From contig JAQGDQ010000222.1 in the NCBI GenBank assembly GCA_030141605.1, positions 304,006 through 368,005 of the forward strand: 64,000 bases of DNA, in the 5' to 3' direction. This document shows, in pieces, positions 50,236 through 64,000 of this stretch. The notes beneath the pieces were generated by a model, which had not been told where the DNA came from, did not search any database, and saw only the letters and a list, made by a program, of their open reading frames with translations. Both the position numbers and the translations under genes were made by a program. This DNA comes from Tubiluchus corallicola. Lineage: Eukaryota > Animalia > Priapulida. Each line of letters opens with the position of its first letter. Positions within the stretch are counted from its first letter, which is position 1.

Positions 50236-53200
50236 AAGATGCGAACAATAAAAAATGATAACCTAATTAAGCCAATTTATTCTTAGGGTATACAAGTGCT
50301 ACAGGTATGATATATTAACTTGCTTACGAAACTTACTTGCCACCCTCTTCTCAACGATTTTCTACATTGAGTCAGATTTGATGCTTCAACATTTACAGTA
50401 TGATCAGGAAGCTGCTTCTAATTGGTAAATCTCAAGCTTCATATTGCACATATGAGACACAGTGCTTAAACACACATTAGTATTTATTAAGTATTACTGT
50501 ATTGCCAGTATTGTATTGCCTTATAGTATTATTACCTTATCACTACCTTGTTACTGTGCTTTTGGCTTGTAATTATTCTGAACGCAGACATTAATGTTTA
50601 TCAGATATTATTGTAGTTGGTCTCATTTATTTTCGTCATCGCCTCAAGCGCAAAATTTCCTTGTCTATTTAAATTATTAATCGTTTATTAAACCCACCAT
50701 TATGTGACTAAGAAATTAGCTCAAGTTATAAGCGGAGCACATTGAATCAGTTGTCTCGATCTGTACTTCACATTGCGCATTTACGTAAAACAAAAACTGG
50801 CCTATATTAGAACAATAGCACAATTTCTCTAGCAACTTAAAAGATATGTTACTTGAAAAAAATAACATAATCGCGGAGAAGGGAGAGGATAGTAGCATTA
50901 ACTATGTGGGCACTGCAACAGTTATAAAAGATTATACTGAATGATCTATAAAAATGTTTTCTATACTGAAACATAAGTCTGTCCATATTTAGTACTCCAT
51001 AATATCAAAGGCACGGCTAAGCACATTGTTTTTCTCTTTATTAAGTATTGACTCATCAGCTTCCTAATAACACAATACTACAGCAATGAACTTCCATAAA
51101 ACTTTCATCTGGAGAATGGGTTGCAGGAGAACCCATTGAAAAGCTTCAGGTGAAAGGAACTACGGGACTTTGTTACTGTGGCCTTGTATTACATGATTGT
51201 TCGCGAGTTAACATGATAAGCAATGCACTTACCTATGTATTTATATTTATTGAAACATTAAAATATCACATTTATGCCAATTGTTGTTATTTTGTCATAT
51301 GACTTATAGTAACATGGAAACTTTAAAATGCTTAACGGTCCTTAACCTAAAAAAGTCAAAGTCTAATTAATATCAATTTAAAATCTGATGAACTCCAGTT
51401 TAACATCGATAAGTGCAACAGCAAGTGTCATAATATCAAATTTATAAGTGTCATTACATTACATTGCGTTACTAAATTGCATTGCACTTACGCAGAGGTT
51501 TGTCTAATCTGTCATCTTCAGTACAAAGTTAATTTGTGACTTTGTAATGGCAATTCATACATCTCACCAAATGTTGTCATGCTTGTGAATCCATGTTGTT
51601 ATGTTTTTATATACCACTAAATTAAACTAAATTAAATTAGATTAAATTAAATATTTATCACTCCATTTCTGATGTCTCCTCTAACCACTGTTGCAGCTGC
51701 GCTTCACACACTATAATACAACACCAATTACAAATCAACTACACGCTACTTACGTGGAGGACTTGTAAAACCAACGAAAATAATGATTATTGTGACTTGC
51801 TTTGAATTTGAGCGTCATTATTTCCCAAACTGGGTCACAACTCCTACTTACCCATCGAATGTCAATAGCCGGGTGGGTAGCTCTCACACCTGCCTTGATA
51901 TGCTCTACCTGTGCTTGATTGACATCGTATCAGCAGATTATTAAGATATCGTGGCTCATGAAATCTCAAGAGTATACAGAAAAATGAAAAGGTTTATAAA
52001 TCGTTACAATTTATTGAGGATAATAAATTCGCAATACGTTTATGTAGGTCATTTGGTTGACGACCAGGTGATATGAAAGGGTGAAATTGTTAATTAGACT
52101 CATTTATCACCTGTTTGCATAATATACGATCATATACAATTTCTTTAATAAGCTCTAGTCTTTTGTAAACGCGTAAAACTAAAACTGGTGAGTGCGCAAG
52201 CCTTACCTACAGTCGGTAAGTTAGGTAAATTGGAAATCACACAGACATATGTAAACGAATTTTAAAATTAAATAAAATCTGTACGGTTATTATTGTTATT
52301 CAAATTACCAGACTATAATTATTCAGAATTCAGAATTCACTGCGGAGAGCATATACCACGATTTGCTAAATATTATGAGTAATTTAAATTCTATAAAAAC
52401 AACTTAAAATAGCAGTTGTAAGGCTTAAGCTTATTAGAACACTGCATCTAATGATGCGGTCAATACGTTAAGTTAATTGCGATCATACAACCCTTTATTT
52501 GATGAACAAATGAATTTTCTGACAGACTGAGACGCGAAGTAAACAAGCAGGCAAACACAGGAAACAGAAAGCTATTGTTTGTGCTAAATTATAAAAGTGA
52601 AATTAATAATGTATCTAGGACGGTATTATAATCGTCGATCGACTTGAATAACTGAAGCTTTAGATTCCTTCGTGGGTTGTTAAGTGTTTTATTTAATCAC
52701 ATGATGCAGATATTTGAAAACCCTCAGTTAAGTTAAGTTTAAAAAGGCGACCTCGAGATTATGCTAATAAAAAAGTTTAACACGTCTTTGCGAACGACGA
52801 AAATACTATGCTTACAAAAACTTTGACAAAGCCGCTTTTGTGTTTGCGGTGGCTACCTGTATTAGTTATTATGCAAAATAATTCAGCAGCGTGCACTTTA
52901 GTGTATATAAAACCTCACTTTTAAATGGTAAAAAAACTCGTGTAAAGTTAACAAAATTATCGACATTACTTTGTCCTTTAACACAACGTTTACCAACCTG
53001 GACCCTTGGAAGCTTGGCCATGCATCGCTTTAATGCTTTTGTCAAGCCAGTCCACAACTATTTTAACTTCCACACGTATTGAGCTAGGTAAATTAGCAAA
53101 TGTAAGCCAAGGTTATAAAACTGAACGCAATCTCTGCGTACATTTACATACCCATCTTGGCAGTATTTGCTCATCGTAATTAAGAACAACATTCATTTGC

Positions 53201-53599
53201 ATGAAAGAAGACAATGCGAGTTTTTTTGCTCGCAGCTATGTCTTGGCATGTAATTTGCCTAATTAGATATTTTTGTCAGTGTTTTACAGCATTCGAGAAC
53301 CACGAGTACCTGTATGACACACAAAACATCCATATAGAGCAATTGAAGCTACAATTTGTCATAATTTGGAAAAGGTGGTGTACTTACGAGCAGTTGTGTA
53401 GCTGAACTTGTCTCCAAAATGGTTATTTCTTACCCAACTCTTAACGTTATTTATAACAAAAATCAAAATGTTTCTTCTGCTGGACACTTTAATTAGTTAC
53501 ATTAGCAACCTGTTATTACCCTTTTCTCCATTTAAATTAGTAAAGTTAACCTTAAATTGTTTTGAGTAAATTCATCTTTTTGGGTAATATGTAAATGCT

Positions 53600-53616
53600 T
53601 ATATATGTATATGTAT

Positions 53617-53705
<89 letters not shown>

Positions 53706-53843
53706 TATATATTATGTATATATTATATATGTATGAATGTATGTAATGTATATATGTATGTATGTATGAATGTATGTATGTATGTATGTATGTATGTATG
53801 TATGTATGTATGTATGTATGTATGTATGTATGTATGTGTGTAT
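53600..53843. repeat. (TA)n plus (TATG)n microsatellite
   Basis: Read directly. Confidence 0.97.
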
Positions 53844-55080
53844 ACAGGCTCTCCTCTCTCTTACCGGGTTTTAAGTTGTTGCATTGTTTGTTAACGGCTT
53901 TTTGACAGTGGTTAAAAGTAACTTGCATGACTGTGTTTGTAAACACTCTCGTGGATGATTGCATGTAGGTGGTACATGTATTTGTTTATGTTTTTAAGCC
54001 TAATAATATCGATTGTGACCAGTAAAATAAACCCTTGCCGTAAACAAGCAAAATTGTTATGCTTAGTAAGATTAAAATGTAGTGAAATTTATGGATTGAT
54101 AAAAGAAATTAAAATAGAATGAAATACATTTTAAATGAGTTCCGTGAAACCATTTAGTAGTAGGTTAAACTGAATTAAATTTATACTGCATTAAATATGC
54201 GACTAAAACTACGTCTTCTTATTTGGTAAATTTGGTTTTATTTTTTACATATTTTCTTACGTGACACTACCATGAAATTACTTTACTTTTATCAACACTA
54301 TATCAACACACGATAAAATGGGCTAATGATATAATGATGATGGGATGATGTTGGACAACGAGGTTGAAACTTTACTAAAAATAAGAAAATGGTACAGACA
54401 CTATACACTAATTAATGTCAATTTTAATTATAAAGCCTGAAATTCGTTGTCCCAACCATAACCAGTACACGACATTAGCCCATTTCTCCTAACTAAACAT
54501 CGTTGCAATTGCAGTACTAAACGCAATTCAAAAAAATATTGAAACAATAATACTGAATACTGTAATCGTGGATAAATGTTACATTAATGTTAGATAACTT
54601 TTGTTAATAGCCCTACTGTAGCATGAATGATGATGGTGAAACAAGTTCCACTTTCAAACCTGCAGAAAAAAGCCTCTATAATCCATACGTGTAATACTAG
54701 TATATGAATGTTGACTTTTACGTCTTTTCAATTCACTTCCAGTTGTGGTGAGGATCCTAAATCATGTTGTTCAAACTGTCTGATCCAATCCTAAATAAAT
54801 TATGTTTAAACTAAAAACTAAGATTCGTTCGTGCGTCCGACATTGCCTTAGACATTGTGAGTTTGTGTCTGCATTATTGAATAATACGCCTAGCATATTT
54901 TACAACTTAAAAGTCCAACCAGATAAATACATCAACTTTGTCAACACTTTGCGCACACTCAAAGATGATTCTCTAAAAATTTCCTGTTTGTGATAAAATT
55001 ATCTCGGGTGAACAAAGCTATCGATTGTGTATCACGCGGTATAAGCCTCAAGAACTTTCGGCTTTATTTTTGCCTTTTAA

Positions 55081-55525
55081 CCCTTTCAGTCCCAAATTAT
55101 TTTTTAATTTTGGCTTGGTACTTTTGTTCAGTATGTGCATCTTGTTTACACATAATAATTTTTTTTCTACCTGTGCCCGCGTGCTAAATATAGCCTGTAT
55201 CCCACGGGATACATTGGGATTCAATGGAAGCATAAAATGTGCTTCATTTTGCAACTGCTGATAATTTTTTAAAGTATTTAAGACATTTAGTATGCATGCT
55301 ATGCTGATCTGTACAAAGTCGTCTCTAAAGTACTGTACCTTGCACAGTTTTTTATGCTATGTAGATTTTCTAGTTTGCCATTTTATCACCATTTTTAGTC
55401 TATTTTTGTTGGCTTAAATCAAAATAACTATTAACAGATCAAATAACTGTCATTTTTAAAATTTTATTAATTTTAAAGGCAGAAAATATTCTCGTATACC
55501 ACGGGATACAACGGGTATGAAAGGG
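55081..55525. mobile_element. piggyBac-type MITE, 445 bp
   Basis: TTAA on both flanks (55077-80 and 55526-29); TIR CCCTTTCAGTCCC versus CCCTTTCATACCC (11/13); no transposase. Confidence 0.88.
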
Positions 55526-56867
55526 TTAAATCTCATTCACTTTCTATCGATCGCGCCATATTGTAAGAAAGTACGCTACTTTTTCAAAGCTTTTGAATGT
55601 TACTCATTGTTAATGGTTATTGAGTGTCGTTCAGTGGACATCTTGCACGGCCCATTTGCTCGGATTAAGCTAGCCGTACCAATTCAGACTCATTAATCGT
55701 GTACCAGCATGTTATCGATAAATCAGAACAAGGAAAGCGACAAACATAAGCGAAAGAGAAAAATAAAGGACATGTAAAGTGTTTACTAGCTAAGGGACAA
55801 AAAGGGGAACAGCGTATTAGAAAATTAATCTTAAAAGTTGCAAAACAGTGGTGTTATCTTAATCAAGTTATCTTAATTTCACATACTATTAACAAATAAT
55901 AGTCTTTCTATCTTTTATATCATCTCATATATGAGCTTCATTCATTACATCATTCCATTTTAAGCACTAATGTTTTTTTTATCATACGATTCACTTTAAA
56001 TTTTCAGATTATTTCCATTACTTTTTTTTCTTTCACTGTGTGGGACAATCTAACAAGCCCTGCTTTTTGATTGCCCGCAACACATTTACCTTCGTATATA
56101 GGTGAACAGTGTTTGAGGCTTTTCCTGTGCAGTATTTCTTATTTGTATTACGTTCATTGTAGGCCCTTTCACTAGATATTGTACATGAAACTATTGTAAA
56201 TGTGTAATGTGAAATAAATGACTTATGACTTATGACTAAAAGAGGCTGGGGAAATAGATGTCGAAAAAGAGGAGTACAGATTATAAACAGTCCATCTTCA
56301 TTTGCTAATAACTAGCAGTATTAACCTACTAGTTCAGTGCCTTATAAACATTAATATTATAGACACAAATAATAGCCTGGTCTCTGATTAACAGAGATAT
56401 GTGTAAATGTGGGCGGAGCTGCAGCGGAGCTTTTAGCACGCAAAAGTCAGATATTAATTCATTACCTCATCATACCTGATGTAACGTTGCAATGCTAGCT
56501 AAATACGCCGACTTAAAACTCTGCTTTCCCAGCAACGTGGGAGATCTTTAGTCAGCGCAGTTGGTTGTGAGAACATCTACTGAATATACTTTACACAAAA
56601 CGGGAGGAACGGTAGCCATTGTGTCTAAAAAATTGAGGACACTGGTACGCGTGCGAAGATTTCCATTTTCGACTGCGAAGTCTGGCTGAGCATGGTGCAT
56701 TTTAGTCTTGCGACAGCTATTACTTAAACATGCTTAACGCTATATTAATTGTTTTGCTGAGTGTACCAGTCTATTTGCTGCTTATCTATCAGAGATTAAT
56801 TCACTCCTATTAACTGATTGAGATTAACTTTATTTCCTTTAAACTCGGTTTAACTAATGTCACTCAC

Positions 56868-58100
56868 GAGGTGCAAGGCAAGGCAGTACACAGTGAGGTG
56901 GTGCAAAGGCCAGGCAGGACACAGGTGAGGTGGTGCAAAGGCGAGGCAGTACAAAGGTGAGGTGGTACAAGGCGAGGCAGTACACAGTGAGGTGGTGCAA
57001 AGGCGAGGCAGTACACAGTGAGGTGGTGCAAAAGCGAGGCAGGACACAGTGAGGTTTGGCAAGCCGAGGCAATACACAGTGAGGTGGTGCAAGACGAGGC
57101 AGGACACAGTGAGATGGTGCAAGACGAGGCAGTATACAGTGAGGTGGTGCAAAGGCGAGGCAGTACAAAGGTGAGGTGGTGCAAGGCGAGGCAGGACACA
57201 GTGAGGTGGTGCAAGGCGAGGCAGTACACAGTGAGGTGGTGCAAGGCGAGGCAGTACACAGTGAGGTGGTGCAAGACGAGGCAGTACACAGTGAGATGGT
57301 GCAAGACGAGGCAGTACACAGTGAGGTAGTACAATGCGAGGCAGTACACAGTAAGTGGTGCAAGGCGAGGCAGTACACAGTGAGGTGGTGCAAGGCGAGG
57401 CAGTACACAGGTGAGGTGGTGCAAGACGAGGCAGGACACAGTGAGATGGTGCAAGACGAGGCAGTACACAGTGAGGTAGTACAATGCGAGGCAGTACGCA
57501 GTAAGTGGTGCAAGGCAAGGCAGTACACAGGTGAGGTGGTGCAAAGACGTGGCAATACACAGTGAGGTGGTGCAAGACGAGATAGTACACAGTGAGGTGG
57601 TGCAAGACGAGGCAGTACACAGTAAGTGATGCAAAGGCGAGGCAGTACACAGTGAGGTGGTGCAAGACGAGGCAGTACACAGGTGAGGTGTTGCAAGGCG
57701 AGGCAGTACACGGCGAGGTGTTGCAAGACGAGGCAGTACACAGTGAGGTGGTGGCAAGACGAGGCAGGACACAGGTGAGGTGGTGCAAGGCGAGGCAGGA
57801 CACAGTGAGGTGGTGCAAAGACGAGGCAGTACACAGTGAGGTGGTGCAAGACGAGGCAGTACACAGTGAGGTGGTGCAAAGGCGAGGCAGTACACGGCGA
57901 GGTGTTGCAAGACGAGGCAATACACAGTGAGGTGGTGGCAAGACGAGGCAGGACACAGTGAGGTGTTGCAAGACGAGGCAATACACAGGTGAGGTTGTGC
58001 AAAGACGAGGCAATACACAGTGAGGTGGTGCAAGACGAGAGAGTACACAGTAAGTGATGCAAGGCGTGTCACGGGACACAGCGAGGTGGTGCAAGGCGAG
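56868..58100. repeat. GC-rich 30-bp minisatellite, about 41 units (gaggcagtacacagtgaggtggtgcaaggc)
   Basis: Contiguous 29-32 bp units; explains the three overlapping 400-aa ORFs. Confidence 0.97.
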
Positions 58101-58712
58101 ACGATGCACTGAGATATCGAGCAAGCGCGAACACCCCACGTAGTGGCTAATGCCTCTTAAACCGTTTTAATAATCTGTTCATGTAAATTATCTAGGGACC
58201 CGCGTACGTGTCAATGTGACACGTTGATTAACGTACCGAAAATTGTACCCTACGCAGTAGTAATTTTGACCAGTTATAACTAACTACCTGCTGCACTGCT
58301 GCGTACGTGCGCACACGCGTAAGTAGGTAGGTGGCTTAGCAAAAGCAAATTATCATCGGTGGATTATACTGCAAAAACTGACAATTTATGAGTGCATTTC
58401 CTCCAGTAACAAGAAATTTTCTTGCATACAAATGAACAAGTTATTTTTTTAAAAGAAATTTTACCTGCTATAAAATTGTAGTTGCTAACCATTGTGAGAA
58501 ACCCTGGGAAATAATATTATTGCAGAAAGATATCATCAACCTATGGCTTCATGTATTGTGGTAAATTGCTAACATCAGCTGCAAGAGAAAAAACTAATAG
58601 CACAACAAACACACTAGTTCCTTTTATCACAGTGCCATCTAGTGTAAATATACATGTATATTGTGTACTATATCTAAAAATCACAGCTGTATAAAATTCT
58701 GTGCGAATAAAA

Positions 58713-58720
58713 CAACAACA

Positions 58721-58799
<79 letters not shown>

Positions 58800-58845
58800 A
58801 GCAGCAGCAACATCAGCAACAGCAGCAGCAGCAGCAACAGCAACA

Positions 58846-58906
<61 letters not shown>

Positions 58907-58956
58907 CAACAACAACAACAACAGCAGCAGCAGCAACAACAACAACAACAACAACA

Positions 58957-58990
<34 letters not shown>

Positions 58991-58998
58991 TGATGATA
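58713..58998. repeat. Compound trinucleotide tract (AAC/AGC/GAC/GAT)
   Basis: Read directly. Confidence 0.97.
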
Positions 58999-59426
58999 GT
59001 AATAAATGCAAAAATAATTTTCAGCTATTTTGGACATTATTCATTACATACGCCCGTTTGTCAAAATGTAAAAATGTCTCTGTTCATGTATCTTCAAAAA
59101 GCCTTTTACCTGTTTTGACTGGAAAAACATTATTTACAATCTTATACGTAATTAGCGTGTGATCTCTGTGTTTAAATTCAATCAGCAATAAATCAGTCAT
59201 CTGTAATTGTCTTCATTAACTTTTAGGAAAGGCACTCATGAACTCAGGCTACTAATTAAATAGATAGTTTAGGTCAAAATGGGGAGAGGTGTGCCCCCAT
59301 GCGCTAAATACAAGTCCAACAGTCTTTGAGATGCAATTTATGATTTTTTATTGCTCAAAATGGCTAATCATCGTCATATTCCAAAACCACTATCACGTCT
59401 TGCCAGACAGACTGCTTTGACAGACT

Positions 59427-59522
59427 TGACTGACTGACTGACTGACTGACTGACTGACTGACTGACTGACTGACTGACTGACTGACTGACTGACTGACTG
59501 ACTGACTGACTGACTGACTGAC
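59427..59522. repeat. (GACT)n microsatellite
   Basis: Read directly. Confidence 0.97.
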
Positions 59523-60120
59523 GTATTATGTGCGACTCGACTTCGTTTTGTCTGAAGCAAATAAAAACATTTTCTGCTAAACAAATGTTAAAAGGATAAT
59601 TAACTGCTATAATGAAAATGTATAATAATATTATGAAATACGAAGAAATCAAACTTACATCTTTGCCGCATCTTACTAACTTGCTAAAGAGAACTCGACT
59701 GACAAAATTTTGTGATAAAACGACACGACGTACTGAACAAGAATGACTTCTTTCCTATCCTGTCTGCAAAATGAGGCCAATGGCCTATTCCCTGTCCTAG
59801 CTCACCTGTTTATCGACTGCCTAATTTTCCGAAAGAACAAACACACGAAGGCACCACAAAAATTTAATTAAAGCAAATAGATTTGATTTCTGCTGGGAAT
59901 TTGCACTGAAATCGAGTTGTGGCATATTAGCGACATTTGATTTCCTACATTAGCATTTCCTGCGTGTTTCCTATCGACCAGTGGATCCTAGGTGCTATCA
60001 GTTTTATTACAAGCGTTTAAATATTAATACAATCTGCCTTCACAAGCTCATATACATGAGGGATGTGATATTGCAGTTCTAGAGAGCTGTACAAAACCTA
60101 AAAACATGATGTCGATGGTA

Positions 60121-63100
60121 ATATGGATACTTGGATACACCACCACCCCTGGTGCTAATGATATGTATAAACCATCGCCCCTGGTGCTGATGATGTGGAT
60201 ATATCACCACCCCTGGTGCTAATGATATGTATAAACCACCACCCCTGGTGCTGATGATGTGGATATACCACCACCCCTGGTGCTGATGATACGGATATTC
60301 CATCACCCCTGGTGCTGATGATATGGATATTCCATCACCCCTGGTGCTGATGATATGGATATACCACCACCCCTGGTGCTGATGATATGTATAAACCACC
60401 ACCCCTGGTGCTGATGATGTGGATATACCACCCCTGGTGCTGATGATACGGATATTCCATCACCCCTGGTGCTGATGATATGGATATTCCATCACCCCTG
60501 GTGCTGATGATATGGATATACCACCACCCCTGGTGCTGATCATATGGATATTCCATCATCCCTGGTGCTGATGATATGGATATACCACCACCCCTGGTGC
60601 TGATGATATGGATATTCCATCACCCCTGGTGCTGATGATATGGATATTCCATCACCCCTGGTGCTGATGATATGGATATACCACCACCCCTGGTGCTGAT
60701 GATATGGATATTCCATCACCCCTGGTGCTGATGATATGGATATTCCATCACCCCTGGTGCTGATGATATGGATATACCACCACCCCTGGTGCTGATGATA
60801 TGTATAAACCACCACCCCTGGTGCTGATGATGTGGATATACCACCCCTGGTGCTGATGATACGGATATACCACCACCCCTGGTGCTGATGATATGGATAT
60901 ACCACCACCCCTGGTGCTGATGATATGGATATACCACCACCCCTGGTGCTGATGATATGGATATACCACCACCCCTGGTGCTGATGATACGGATATTCCA
61001 TCACCCCTGGTGCTGATGATATGGATATTCCATCACCCCTGGTGCTGATGATATGGATATACCACCACCCCTGGTGCTGATGATATGGATATACCACCAC
61101 CCCTGGTGCTGATGATATGGATATACCACCACCCCTGGTGCTGATGATATGGATATTCCATCGCCCCTGGTGCTGATGATGTGGATATACCACCACCCCT
61201 GGTGCTGATGATACGGATATTCCATCACCCCTGGTGCTGATGATATGGATATTCCATCACCCCTGGTGCTGATGATATGGATATTCCATCACCCCTGGTG
61301 CTGATGATATGGATATACCACCACCCCTGGTGCTGATGATATGGATATACCACCACCCCTGGTGCTGATGATATGGATATACCACCACCCCTGGTGCTGA
61401 TGATATGGATATACCACCACCCCTGGTGCTGATGATATGGATATACCACCACCCCTGGTGCTGATGATATGGATATACCACCACCCCTGGTGCTGATGAT
61501 ATGGATATTCCATCGCCCCTGGTGCTGATGATGTGGATATACCACCACCCCTGGTGCTGATGATACGGATATTTCATCACTCCTGGTGCTGATGATATGG
61601 ATATTCCATCACCCCTGGTGCTGATGATATGGATATACCACCACCCCTGGTGCTAATCATATGGATATACCACCACCCCTGGTGCTGATGATATGGATAT
61701 ACCACCACCCCTGGTGCTGATGATATGGATATTCCATCACCCCTGGTGCTGGTGATGTGGATATATCACCACCCCTGGTGCTGATGATATGGATATACCA
61801 CCACCCCTGGTGCTGATGATATGGATATTCCATCACCCCTGGTGCTGGTGATGTGGATATATCACCACCCCTGGTGCTGATGATATGGATATACCACCAC
61901 CCCTGGTGCTGATGATATGGATATTCCATCACCCCTGGTGCTGATGATATGGATATACCACCACCCCTGGTGCTAATCATATGGATATACCACCACCCCT
62001 GGTGCTGATTATATTGATATACCACCACCCCTGGTGCTGGTGATGTGGATATATCACCACCCCTGGTGCTGATAATATGGATATAGCACCACCCCTGGTG
62101 CTGATGATATGGATATTCCATCACCCCTGGTGCTGATGATATGGATATACCACCACCCCTGGTGCTGATGATACGGATATTCCATCACCCCTGGTGCTGA
62201 TGATATGGATATACCACCACCCCTGGTGCTGATGATATGGATATACCACCACCCCTGGTGCTGATTATATTGATATACCACCACCCCAGGTGCTGATGAT
62301 ATGGATATTCCATCACCCCTGGTGCTGATGATATGGATATACCACCACCCCTGGTGCTGATGATACGGATATTCCATCACCCCTGGTGCTGATGATATGG
62401 ATATACCACCACCCCTGGTGCTGATGATATGGATATTCCATCACCCCTGGTGCTGATGATATGGATATAGCACCACCCCTGGTGCTGATGATACGGATAT
62501 TCCATCACCCCTGGTGCTGATGATATGGATATACCACCACCCCTGGTGCTGATGATATGGATATTCCATCACCCCTGGTGCTGATGATATGGATATTCCA
62601 TCACCCCTGGTGCTGATGATATGGATATTCCATCACCCCTGGTGCTGGTGATATGGATATACCACCACCCCTGGTGCTGATGATATGGATATTCCACCAC
62701 CCCTGGTGCTGATGATACGGATATTCCATCACCCCTGGTGCTGATGATATGGATATACCACCACCCCTGGTGCTGATGATATGGATATTCCATCACCCCT
62801 GGTGCTGATGATATGGATATACCACCACCCCTGGTGCTGATAATATGGATATACCACCACCCCTGGTGCTGATAATATGGATATACCACCACCCCTGGTG
62901 CTGATGATACGGATATTCCATCACCCCTGGTGCTGATGATATGGATATACCACCACCCCTGGTGCTGATGATATGGATATTCCATCACCCCTGGTGCTGA
63001 TGATAGGATATCAACCCTGGTGCTGATGATATGGATATTCCATCACCCCGGTGCTGATGATATGGATATACCACCACCCCTGGTGCTGATGATATGGATA

Positions 63101-64000
63101 TTCCATCACCCCTGGTGCTGATGATATGGATATTCCATCACCCCTGGTGCTGATGATATGGATATAGCACCACCCCTGGTGCTGATGATACGGATATTCC
63201 ATCACCCCTGGTGCTGATGATATGGATATAGCACCACCCCTGGTGCTGATGATACGGATATTCCATCACCCCTGGTGCTGATGATATGGATATACCACCA
63301 CCCCTGGTGCTGATGATATGGATATTCCATCACCCCTGGTGCTGATGATATGGATATTCCATCACCCCTGGTGCTGATGATATGGATATTCCATCACCCC
63401 TGGTGCTGGTGATATGGATATACCACCACCCCTGGTGCTGATGATATGGATATTCCACCACCCCTGGTGCTGATGATACGGATATTCCATCACCCCTGGT
63501 GCTGATGATATGGATATACCACCACCCCTGGTGCTGATGATACGGATATTCCATCACCCCTGGTGCTGATGATATGGATATACCACCACCCCTGGTGCTG
63601 ATGATATGGATATTCCATCACCCCTGGTGCTGATGATATGGATATACCACCACCCCTGGTGCTGATAATATGGATATACCACCACCCCTGGTGCTGATGA
63701 TATGGATATTCCACCACCCCTGGTGCTGATGATATGGATATTCCATCACCCCTGGTGCTGATGATAGGATATACCACCACCCCTGGTGCTGAGATACGGA
63801 TATTCCATCACCCCTGGTGCTGATGATGTGGATATACCACCACCCCTGGTGCTGATGATATGGATATTCCATCACCCCTGGTGCTGATGATATGGATATA
63901 CCACCACCCCTGGTGCTGATAATATGGATATACCACCACCCCTGGTGCTGATGATATGGATATTCCATCACCCCTGGTGCTGATGATATGGATATAGCAC
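60121..64000. repeat. 32-bp tandem satellite, about 120 units, truncated by the window end
   Basis: Unit cacccctggtgctgatgatatggatat(accac/tccat), contiguous, with no unique spacers. Confidence 0.98.

Noticed and set aside
56850-58139. Three 400-430 aa Cys/His-rich ORFs
   Set aside because: Three frames of one minisatellite with frequent 1-bp indels and no preferred frame.
58541-59162. Poly-L, poly-N/S/D and poly-C ORFs
   Set aside because: Artefacts of the compound trinucleotide repeat.
59659-59698. 40-nt segment between AG and GTAAGT on the minus strand
   Set aside because: Could be a distant 5' exon, but there is no start codon or partner exon in the window to support it.
60079-63971. 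His/Trp/Tyr-rich ORFs (YPYHQHQGWWYIHIISTRG)
   Set aside because: Translations of a 32-bp unit that cycles through all frames, with stops wherever the type B unit falls in frame.
60121-64000. CRISPR array (repeat length in the CRISPR range)
   Set aside because: Units are contiguous with no unique spacers, there are no cas genes, and the context is a spliced eukaryotic locus.

Overview
AT-rich eukaryotic (invertebrate-like animal) genomic DNA, not prokaryotic. The main feature is one spliced minus-strand Rap1GAP-family gene with a GoLoco motif, a RapGAP domain (catalytic RKRHIGND), a DTGLESM motif and a C-terminal coiled coil. Twelve core exons (1532-10948) join in frame at GT-AG sites. A 97-nt exon (20927-21023) is fed in the correct phase by either a short first exon (27511-27659; about 740 aa isoform) or a chain of six exons from 38652 down to 30848. 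That chain includes a 1701-nt exon and a LIM-like CxxC..HxxC exon and gives a predicted isoform of about 1528 aa. Introns and the gene-free upstream 25 kb hold truncated LINEs, Tc1/pogo-type and piggyBac-type MITEs, a non-coding tRNA-Ile-primed LTR element nested in a LINE, a near-perfect 453-bp inverted duplication, a 30-bp minisatellite, a 32-bp satellite running off the right end and many microsatellites. Exon models were read by eye from splice signals and reading phase, without transcript data. I found no convincing wholly new system; the best leads are the long Rap1GAP isoform, the inverted duplication and the nested LTR element.
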